Under the pieces are notes generated by a model. The model saw only the letters and a program-made list of their open reading frames with translations. It had not been told where the DNA came from and searched no databases. A stretch of DNA of 64,000 bases, taken from the NCBI GenBank assembly GCA_965216875.1, contig OZ244207.1:3072001-3136000 (forward strand), given 5' to 3'. This DNA is from Rubripirellula sp. GTDB taxonomy: Bacteria; Planctomycetota; Planctomycetia; Pirellulales; Pirellulaceae. Made by a program: the position numbers and the translations under genes. This document shows, piece after piece, positions 57,041 to 64,000 of this stretch (position 1 is the first letter of the stretch; each line of letters begins with the position of its first letter).

Positions 57041-59809
57041 CTAAGACTCTTCGACAGGACGCCGATTCCAATAGGAGCGTGCGTGTCGGCGAACCTCACT
57101 TGCTCGATCATGATCTCCGACCTCATCGAGCGTGGTCGCCAAATCACTCAGGTAGCCGGCCATCTGCTTCCTCGCGAACATTGCTCCCGGCAGCTCCTCG
57201 AGGTAGTCGGCCTGCAGTGCGATCGACTCTTCAAAAACACAGATCGCTTCTTCGAGTTGCTCCATCGCACGCAGTGTGACCGCTTGGTCTTTTAATGCCT
57301 TTGCGGTGAACGCTCGGTAAGAAGGCACAGCCGGGAATCGCTCACACAGTTCGCGTAGCATTTCGGTGGCCCGCTCGTGGTCCCCTCGGGCGCGCTGCGG
57401 GCTCGAACGCCGCTGCAAATTGGCCTGTTGATTCAGCGCCTGAGCGAGTGCCATTTGGTACCGCGGGATCGAACGAAAATCACGGGTAAGCGAGCCGGCA
57501 AGCTGCACGGCTCGTCGGACCTGAATGCGACGACGATCAAGACCTGCCGAACTATCTTGCGCGGCGATCGTCAACATCTCGCTCAGCTCGCAGCGATAGT
57601 CGGGGACGTCGGGAAAATCGGCGACCAGTTCATCCAACAATCGTTCGCTCGACTGACGAATCTCATCGGCGTGCGAACGTTCTTTGCAGGCCGCCGCGAT
57701 TGGGTAGTAGTTGCGATAGGCACTCGCTAGCGACAAGCGATATTTTGCAACGTCCGGATTGCGTTCAACAAGCGCATCGAGCAACCAAATCGCGCGTTGA
57801 TGGCGTTGCGTGCTTTCTTCGCCCCGATGCAACCGCCACAGCACGAGACCAAGGTTGCTGTTGGTGAGCGCCAGCTCGTAAGTGCACTCCCCCGACTCGG
57901 TCCGTTTGAGGTGATCGCTCAACATTTGCCGCGCGAACTCAAGTTGCTCTTTCGCCTTTTCGCTTTGATAGTCGTTGTGAAGGACAAGTGCGAGACGATT
58001 GATGACTGCCGCCGTTTCGGCAATCAGCGCGGGTTCATTTTCACGTTCGTTCACTTGCCCCAACAGAGCGTCGGCCGATCGACGATAGGCTTGCTCTGCA
58101 TCTGCAAACCGTCCCAGGCGATTGAGAATATCGCCAGCGCGGCGGTACGCCTTGGCTGTGTCGCGTTGCAACTTTGGACTATTCGCATTTTGCTGAGCGA
58201 ATTCGTCGTAGAACCCGAGCGCCTCTTCCAAGATCGCTGCACTGTGATCCGACACGACAAATCGCAACTGCGGCGCCGACTCTCCCGATTCGGCCGCAAC
58301 GGGGTGCGACATCCAATCGGATTCGAACCGTTCGAGCAATCGATCCATCGATCCGAGTGCGAGGGTGAGATTGTTTTCGGCGCGTTGCTCGGCAGTCTGG
58401 GCATTCTGCTTCTCAATCACCGCTTGCCGCCAATTCCAACTCACCGCAGCCAAGGAAGTGAGTGCCCCCAAGATCAACGCGGCAGTCATGCCTGCCATCG
58501 CGGGATTCCGTCGACTCCAGCGTCCCAATCGCTCGATGTAACCGATGCGACGAGCACGAATCGGCTGGTCATCACAAAACCGACGCAGGTCATCCGCAAA
58601 TTCACCAGCCGTTCGGTAGCGACTCTCGGGGCTACGTGCGATCGCCTTGAGCAGGACCGTTTCGAGGTCGCGAGGAATCGCCGGACAGATTGAACGTGGC
58701 GCTGGTGGTGAGGAACGGGCGACCTTGCGAATCAACGATCCGCGGTTTTCTCCCTCAAACGCCGGTTGCATCGTCAGTAATTCGTAAAGCGTCAAGCCAA
58801 GCGAATAAACATCGCTGCGGTGATCGGCGTGCCCGTTGAGATGTTCGGGCGACATGTAACGCAGCGTTCCGACAACGTCGCCCGACCGACTCAACCGTTC
58901 TTGGTCAGGAGTGACGGCGAGACCGAAGTCAGTGACCCAAACCAAGGAATCCAAGCCGAGAATCAGATTGCTCGGCTTGATGTCTCGGTGCATCACCCCT
59001 TTGGAATGAGCGTACTGCAGCGCATCGGCAACCTGGATTCCGATTTCGGCAATTCGACGCCAATGCTGGCGACCAAACGAACGAGCGCGACGGCGACGCG
59101 TCTCTTTTTCGACCACGTCCGATTCGCGGAGGTCAAATACCTGAGGATGTCCAGCGTCCGTCTCGCTATCGCCAGGCGCCCGTCCCGTCGTCGATGCATC
59201 ACGAGCAGCCCGACGTTGCTCGAGAACCTTGTCGAAGACATGCTGCAAATAGTTTTCGCAAACGAAGTCGTCGGGCAAATCGATCAGCCCGTGGATCAAT
59301 TGATCAAGCGAAACACCTTCGAGATATTGCATCACGAAATAGTGCAGCCCGTCTTGCTGTCCTACGCCGAACACCGGGACGATATTCGTATGGTGCAGCC
59401 CGCCGGCCGTCTCGGCTTCGCGTTGAAAACGCTTGAGCTGTTTCGAATCTCCGATCGCCTGTTTCGGAAACACTTTGACCGCGACGCGGCGATGCAACGA
59501 TTGTTGTTCGGCCTCGTAGACGATCCCCATCCCGCCATGGCCAATCTCACGAATGATCCGATAGTCGCCGAGCCGTTCGAGTCGGTCGACACGCAGCTGG
59601 ATCGGACGCTCGTCGGCAGTGTCGTTCTTGGTCGCCTTGAGTCGCTCCATCGCGATCATCGCAGGAAACAACTCGCTGATCTGATCGGCAAACTCAGGGT
59701 GCTGCGCGATGTAGTCGTTGATATCAGGGTCTTCGCCCCGGCGTCTTCGTGCAAGGAACTCTTCGCCAAGCACTTCGACCGGGTCGCGTTGGCTTAAGTC
59801 ACTCGTCAT
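57041..59809 (-). CDS. Hanks-type Ser/Thr protein kinase with TM helix and TPR-like C-terminal domain
   Basis: IGHGGMGIVY, VAVK, HRDIKPSN, TDFGLA, GTLRYMSPE, SDVYSLG; TM after WSRRNP; helical repeats. Confidence 0.95.
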   Translation of the reverse strand: MTSDLSQRDPVEVLGEEFLARRRRGEDPDINDYIAQHPEFADQISELFPAMIAMERLKATKNDTADERPIQLRVDRLERLGDYRIIREIGHGGMGIVYEAEQQSLHRRVAVKVFPKQAIGDSKQLKRFQREAETAGGLHHTNIVPVFGVGQQDGLHYFVMQYLEGVSLDQLIHGLIDLPDDFVCENYLQHVFDKVLEQRRAARDASTTGRAPGDSETDAGHPQVFDLRESDVVEKETRRRRARSFGRQHWRRIAEIGIQVADALQYAHSKGVMHRDIKPSNLILGLDSLVWVTDFGLAVTPDQERLSRSGDVVGTLRYMSPEHLNGHADHRSDVYSLGLTLYELLTMQPAFEGENRGSLIRKVARSSPPAPRSICPAIPRDLETVLLKAIARSPESRYRTAGEFADDLRRFCDDQPIRARRIGYIERLGRWSRRNPAMAGMTAALILGALTSLAAVSWNWRQAVIEKQNAQTAEQRAENNLTLALGSMDRLLERFESDWMSHPVAAESGESAPQLRFVVSDHSAAILEEALGFYDEFAQQNANSPKLQRDTAKAYRRAGDILNRLGRFADAEQAYRRSADALLGQVNERENEPALIAETAAVINRLALVLHNDYQSEKAKEQLEFARQMLSDHLKRTESGECTYELALTNSNLGLVLWRLHRGEESTQRHQRAIWLLDALVERNPDVAKYRLSLASAYRNYYPIAAACKERSHADEIRQSSERLLDELVADFPDVPDYRCELSEMLTIAAQDSSAGLDRRRIQVRRAVQLAGSLTRDFRSIPRYQMALAQALNQQANLQRRSSPQRARGDHERATEMLRELCERFPAVPSYRAFTAKALKDQAVTLRAMEQLEEAICVFEESIALQADYLEELPGAMFARKQMAGYLSDLATTLDEVGDHDRASEVRRHARSYWNRRPVEES

Positions 59810-60425
59810 CGAAAAAGTCCGGTATCTTTTCCAAGTCTTTCCTTAGTCGTGTCAGGGCGCGTACGTATCGGTTGCTTGCCGCCGCTTCCGAAATCCCCAA
59901 CACTTCGGCGACCTCACCGTTGCGAAGTTCCTCGAAATGCCGCAGAGCAAGGATCTCGCGATCAATTTCATCCATCTGTTCGAGCGTCACTTCAAGTTGC
60001 TCGACCATCTCATGACGAATGGCGTCCTGGCTTGGAGACACCATTCGATCCACAAATTCTTTGGCAATGGCCGCGGAGGTCGCTGCGCTGAAGTTGTTTT
60101 GTGTCAGCCGCACCTCATTGCGTGCGTTCCGTTTGTCAGCCAACAGATGCTGTCGGTGCAAGTCAATCAGACGCTGCATCGTCACCTGACGTAACCAAAC
60201 GTAGAAAGACATCTCGGGCTTCGACTTGAAATGGTCAAGCCGGCGATAGGCCTCGATGTAGGACTCTTGCAAAATGTCCGACAAATCGGTGCGGGTGCGG
60301 AGACGTGGATCGATCCGAAACTGAAGCATCTGCTTCAGCCTTTGGCGGTGCTCGGTAAATTGCTCGGCGAACTCCCGCTCACTTGGGCTGACAACGGCGG
60401 CATCGCTCGGGTCGGGCAGGTTCAT
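59799..60425 (-). CDS. ECF sigma-70 factor, planctomycete kinase-associated type
   Basis: RLRTRTDLSDILQE, FYVWLR, H....KR...E, SPSQ, DREILALRHFEEL...EVA..LGI..AAAS.RY.RAL; overlaps the kinase start by 11 bp. Confidence 0.92.
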   Translation of the reverse strand: MNLPDPSDAAVVSPSEREFAEQFTEHRQRLKQMLQFRIDPRLRTRTDLSDILQESYIEAYRRLDHFKSKPEMSFYVWLRQVTMQRLIDLHRQHLLADKRNARNEVRLTQNNFSAATSAAIAKEFVDRMVSPSQDAIRHEMVEQLEVTLEQMDEIDREILALRHFEELRNGEVAEVLGISEAAASNRYVRALTRLRKDLEKIPDFFDDE

Positions 60426-60694
60426 GAGGCGGGTTTAAATACGGTTTTGTCCATCCATGCACTAAAACGGCTTGCCCTGAGGGCTTCAACCGGAAAAACG
60501 GGACGATTCGAAGTAATTGGGATTTTTGCCCTAATTATCAGTTTACTCCGCCCAGGCACTGCGTTTTTCACCCTAAGCAGCCCCTCCAATCGGGCCGCCC
60601 AAACGAGAAAACAGCACTGAAGTGTCGCGGTTTTTCGGTTAAACCCCGAGCCCCGACAAAACGATCTGCCCCACTGCCACCCCCTCCCCCAAGC

Positions 60695-61306
60695 ATGATC
60701 GCATTCGACCCCACCTACGACGAAGCCACTCTCGATCCTGACACCGAGCGGATGACCCGCGTCGCAAGTGGCGACCTGCGAGCCTACGACGAATTGGTGC
60801 AGCGCAATTTCCAATCAACCGTTCGCATCATTTCATCGATGATGGGGTCAACGTCCCAATCGGAAGACTTGGCTCAAGACGTGTTCCTGAGGATCTTCCG
60901 CAGCCGCAGCCGCTACGTTCCAACGGCAAAGTTCTCGACGTTCCTGGGGACTGTCATTCGCAACGTGGTACTCAATGCCAAACGCAGCCTGTCACGAAGC
61001 CGCGTCAGCTGCACTCAATTTGTCGATGATCGGTCACGCGGCGAATATGAAGCATCGACCACGGTTGCGCCGGTGGTTGAAGTTGACTTTGCCGACGCGA
61101 TCGACCGGCAAGTTACGGTCGACAAAGTGCGTGTTGCAGTCGACGCGTTGCCACCGCGTCAAAAGCGTGCGATCGAATTGGTCTATTTTCGCGGCATGAC
61201 CTACGCCGGTGCAGCCGAAGAAATGGAGACAAGCTGGAAAGCCGTCAAATCACTACTCGGTCGCGGCCGCGGTTCACTAGCCGTCTCACTCGGCGAAAGC
61301 GCCTGA
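60695..61306 (+). CDS. ECF sigma-70 factor (SigW/RpoE-like)
   Basis: GD..AYDELV, SEDLAQDVFLRIFR, AKFSTFL..VIRN..LN..R, LPPRQKRAIEL....GMTY...A..M......VKSLL.RGR. Confidence 0.92.
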   Translation: MIAFDPTYDEATLDPDTERMTRVASGDLRAYDELVQRNFQSTVRIISSMMGSTSQSEDLAQDVFLRIFRSRSRYVPTAKFSTFLGTVIRNVVLNAKRSLSRSRVSCTQFVDDRSRGEYEASTTVAPVVEVDFADAIDRQVTVDKVRVAVDALPPRQKRAIELVYFRGMTYAGAAEEMETSWKAVKSLLGRGRGSLAVSLGESA

Positions 61307-61320
61307 TTCCCCGGTCCTCG

Positions 61321-61473
61321 TCGTAGTGGACGAGGCAACGAGTCCTGAGTCTTCGTAGTGGACGAGGCAACGAGTCCTGAGTCTTCGTAGTGGACGAGGC
61401 AACGAGTCCTGAGTCTTCGTAGTGGACGAGGCAACGAGTCCTGAGTCTTCGTAGTGGACGAGGCAACGAGTCC
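61321..61473 (+). repeat. Perfect tandem array of a 32-bp GTAG-REP-like unit (4 full copies plus 25 bp)
   Basis: TCGTAGTGGACGAGGCAACGAGTCCTGAGTCT starts at 61321, 61353, 61385 and 61417, with a partial copy at 61449; intergenic between convergent genes. Confidence 0.95.
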
Positions 61474-61549
61474 CCCTCAACTCCAATCGATCAGAGCCTC
61501 TACACCTGGGACAAGGGCCCGAGGCCTCACGACCAGCGGCTCACAACGC

Positions 61550-63244
61550 CTAGCCCACCTTTTCGCTCATGCGCGCAGCAAGCTGTTTGAGCGTATTGCT
61601 CGCGTCGCCTTCACTCAGTTTCGCATGAATCAAATGCGGACAACTGCGATCATCCCAAACGTCTTGAAGCGCTTGGTCGAACTCGACCTCCGTGCTCACC
61701 AAGTGCTTGGTTCCCGTGCCATAGACATCAATCAGCGCGCCGTAATTCCAAGGGAGAATCTCGTTGTATTCCCAATCGCCCGCATGCAGGTAACGCTCTG
61801 TTCCATAGCCATGGTTATCCAAGACGATCACGATCGGCGAGAGCTTTTGTCGTACGAGCGAACTCAGCTCTTGTCCCGTCATCTGGAAAGCACCGTCACC
61901 GACGATCACGACAATCCGATGGTCCGGCCGCGCGGTCGCGGCGCCGAGAGCGGCGGGAACACTGAAGCCCATCGACGTGTAGTAGGCCGGACTTAAGAAT
62001 TCGCCTCGTTCGTGGATCGTCAACTCCGTCGCGGCGAAAAGCGAATCCCCGACGTCGGCAATCACGATCGTGTCGGCATCAAGCCGTTCGTTGAGCGACT
62101 GAACTATCCGGCTCGTGCTCAATTCCTCGTCGGTGGGCGGAACGATTTCGACGTTCACAGGTTTTCGAATCGACAGCGGCACCTCACGGGGGTTGCTCTT
62201 CAATTCGGCCTTGTTGAGCCCTTCGAGGAACGCGCGCAGGTCGACCCCATGATAATGATGATGCGAAATCTGCAGTGATTCACTGGTCGCATAAACGCAC
62301 CGGTCGGGATCGAGACGCGCGGTAAAGATCCCCAAGTTGATGTCACTCAAGAAAGCGCCCATCAACAAGATCAAGTCACTCTCCTCGACGAACTCGGTCA
62401 CCGCTTTGTCACCGAGTCCGCCTTCGTAGAGCCCAACGAAATTCGGATGCCGCTCTGAAATCACGCTCTTGCCAAGGATGGTGGCGGCGATCGGAATACC
62501 TGCGGCTTCGGACAACTGCAACAACTCGTCTTGCAATCGAAAACGGTGCATTTCGACGCCAGCGATGATCACCGGTTTCTTTGCCGACGCCAACCGCTGA
62601 GCCGTTTCACCGATCGCTTCGCTCGTTGCTTTAGGATCGTTCTCGCGAACGTACCCTGTATAACCATGCGCGACCGGCGGGACGGTATGCACCATGTCGC
62701 GCGGCAACTCGATATAGACCGGACGCTTGAAACGATCCGCTGCGTCGAGCACACGATCAATTTCAGAGAACGCAGTCAACGGATTGGAAAGGTCCGTTCC
62801 AGCGATCGTGAACTTTTCGAATACATCCATCTGAGTCCGAAAGTCCCGGACCATGTGATGAAGTAGTGCGCCACTGGTGCGTTCTTTCAAACCGGGCGAC
62901 CCGGAGATCACAACGACCGGACTTTTTTCGGCAAACGCTCCGGCGACAGAATTACAGACACTTAGTCCACCGACGCAGTAGGTCACGCACAGGGCCCCCA
63001 TGCCACGAATGCGTGCGTACGCATCTGCCGCAAACCCGGCGCAATCTTCGCGAGTGCATCCGACCACGTTGACCGGGCTTTTTTCCAGCTCACTGTAGAA
63101 CGAAAGCACATAGTCACCAGGGATCCCAAAAACGTCCTCGATCCCATAGTCCCGTAGCCTTTGAATCAAATAGTGACCGATCGAAAGGTTTGCGGTTGGA
63201 CGGCGTGGTGAATCTCCCGATGCATTGCTTGTTGGCCCACTCAT
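61550..63244 (-). CDS. ThDP-dependent alpha-keto-acid decarboxylase (pyruvate/indolepyruvate decarboxylase family)
   Basis: FGIPGDY, E..AGFAADAYAR, LLHH, ADVGDS, YYTSMGFSVPAALGA, ThDP motif GDGAFQMTGQE...LDNHGYGTER. Start at ATG 63244. Confidence 0.9.
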   Translation of the reverse strand: MSGPTSNASGDSPRRPTANLSIGHYLIQRLRDYGIEDVFGIPGDYVLSFYSELEKSPVNVVGCTREDCAGFAADAYARIRGMGALCVTYCVGGLSVCNSVAGAFAEKSPVVVISGSPGLKERTSGALLHHMVRDFRTQMDVFEKFTIAGTDLSNPLTAFSEIDRVLDAADRFKRPVYIELPRDMVHTVPPVAHGYTGYVRENDPKATSEAIGETAQRLASAKKPVIIAGVEMHRFRLQDELLQLSEAAGIPIAATILGKSVISERHPNFVGLYEGGLGDKAVTEFVEESDLILLMGAFLSDINLGIFTARLDPDRCVYATSESLQISHHHYHGVDLRAFLEGLNKAELKSNPREVPLSIRKPVNVEIVPPTDEELSTSRIVQSLNERLDADTIVIADVGDSLFAATELTIHERGEFLSPAYYTSMGFSVPAALGAATARPDHRIVVIVGDGAFQMTGQELSSLVRQKLSPIVIVLDNHGYGTERYLHAGDWEYNEILPWNYGALIDVYGTGTKHLVSTEVEFDQALQDVWDDRSCPHLIHAKLSEGDASNTLKQLAARMSEKVG

Positions 63245-63549
63245 TTGGCGACTCCCCGATTCGCGGCAATGGAAAAGCGTCACGTAGCCGCGACGAAACG
63301 TAATCCAATCCGCGACTCACTCTCTTATTTGACTCTATGCATTGTCGCGTGTGTGGCCAAATGGAAGGCCGGCGAAATCGCTGCTCGAGCGAGGCGTTTG
63401 AACTCGGTTGCATGACGCTTGCCCCCAATTCGAGTTCGTGATTCTCGACGCATGGGTCGGCAACAGGACCGCAGAATTGGGGGATTCGCGCAATGTGCTA
63501 TAATGAGTTGGCCGAGTTCCCTCCATCGTTTTCAAACGAGACTCTTCAG

Positions 63550-64000
63550 ATGATTCGATTCCGTCATGTCGCCAGCGTCGGTTTACTGATCATGTTTGGC
63601 GCATCGTGGCTATTGGCTGACGAAAAGCGTGCGCCCGCCCCGAAATTCAACGACGCGCAACTCGACGGCATCTTTTTTGAAGATCTCGATGCTGCATTTC
63701 GCGGCAACGCCAAACCTTCGTTGTCAGCGATTCGGTCCAGTGCGGCCGCCACGACGGTTGCGGCAACGACCTCGAAAGCAGCGACCAATGAATCAGCAAC
63801 AAACGGTGTTTGGACGAAGCTGATCACACCCGCTTCGATCGAAGACGAAATCAAACGGCTCAAGCTCGAGTTCGACGGGCTGATCACCACGCCTGGTGCA
63901 TTCAACAGCGGCGGCTACATCGAAGCTCGCGTCGACCTCACCGCGCTGGCCATGATGTTCGCCGTGGTCCAAGAACATGACGGGGAAGTCCGCTGGAAGA
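63550..64000 (+). CDS. Secreted protein, truncated by the right window edge
   Basis: Not in the ORF track. Open frame from ATG 63550: MIRFRHVASVGLLIMFGASWLLADEKRAPAPKF...WTKLITPASIEDEIKRL...MMFAVVQEHDGEVRWK, with a signal-peptide-like start. Confidence 0.7.
   Translation, partial: MIRFRHVASVGLLIMFGASWLLADEKRAPAPKFNDAQLDGIFFEDLDAAFRGNAKPSLSAIRSSAAATTVAATTSKAATNESATNGVWTKLITPASIEDEIKRLKLEFDGLITTPGAFNSGGYIEARVDLTALAMMFAVVQEHDGEVRWK

Noticed and set aside
61321..61473. CRISPR array
   Set aside because: The units are identical head-to-tail with a constant 7-bp linker. There are no unique spacers, no leader and no cas genes in the window.
61201..61486. Small repetitive ORFs across the tandem array
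   Set aside because: They are artefacts of translating a 32-bp repeat in several frames.

Overview
Bacterial chromosomal DNA, most likely from a planctomycete of the Pirellulaceae type. This is inferred from a 'Planctomycete extracellular' N-terminal motif (RRRARVEQLEDRRVLA), a planctomycete-type ECF sigma/Ser-Thr kinase pair and a Tat-exported Gfo/Idh/MocA + DUF1080 pair. No rRNA, tRNA, CRISPR array, transposase or integrase was recognised. (1) 1-20.4 kb, minus strand: an exosortase/exopolysaccharide operon with exosortase, Wzc, a giant TPR protein, stand-alone EpsI, a priming sugar transferase, a deacetylase, Wzx, three GT4 enzymes, a Wzy/ligase, an APH-like kinase and an ATP-grasp::LMW-PTP fusion that the ORF track missed. 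(2) 21-29 kb: a PEP-CTERM protein and a giant surface protein that appear to share one N-terminal domain, a FeeM-like N-acyltransferase and an FHA-like protein. (3) 29.6-37.3 kb: a patatin, a degenerate PP2C and a six-gene lipid-modification operon resembling the furan/cyclopropane fatty-acid (Ufa/Cfa) cluster. (4) 37.5-43 kb: an uncharacterised five-gene operon with a lipoprotein, a membrane-anchored helical protein, a MotA/TolQ/ExbB channel and two different Asp-bearing coiled-coil partners; this is the best candidate for an undescribed ion-driven envelope motor. (5) 43-52 kb: a REP-like repeat cluster, an Fe-S-less PhrB-type photolyase, an oxidoreductase pair, and a PNPOx-like / degenerate nucleotidyltransferase / uvrA unit. 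(6) 52-64 kb: secreted proteins, a YciI gene with an ECF-type promoter, a kinase-ECF pair with a divergent second ECF, a perfect 32-bp tandem GTAG-REP array, a ThDP decarboxylase and a truncated secreted protein. All product calls come from motif recognition by eye; no database searches were run.
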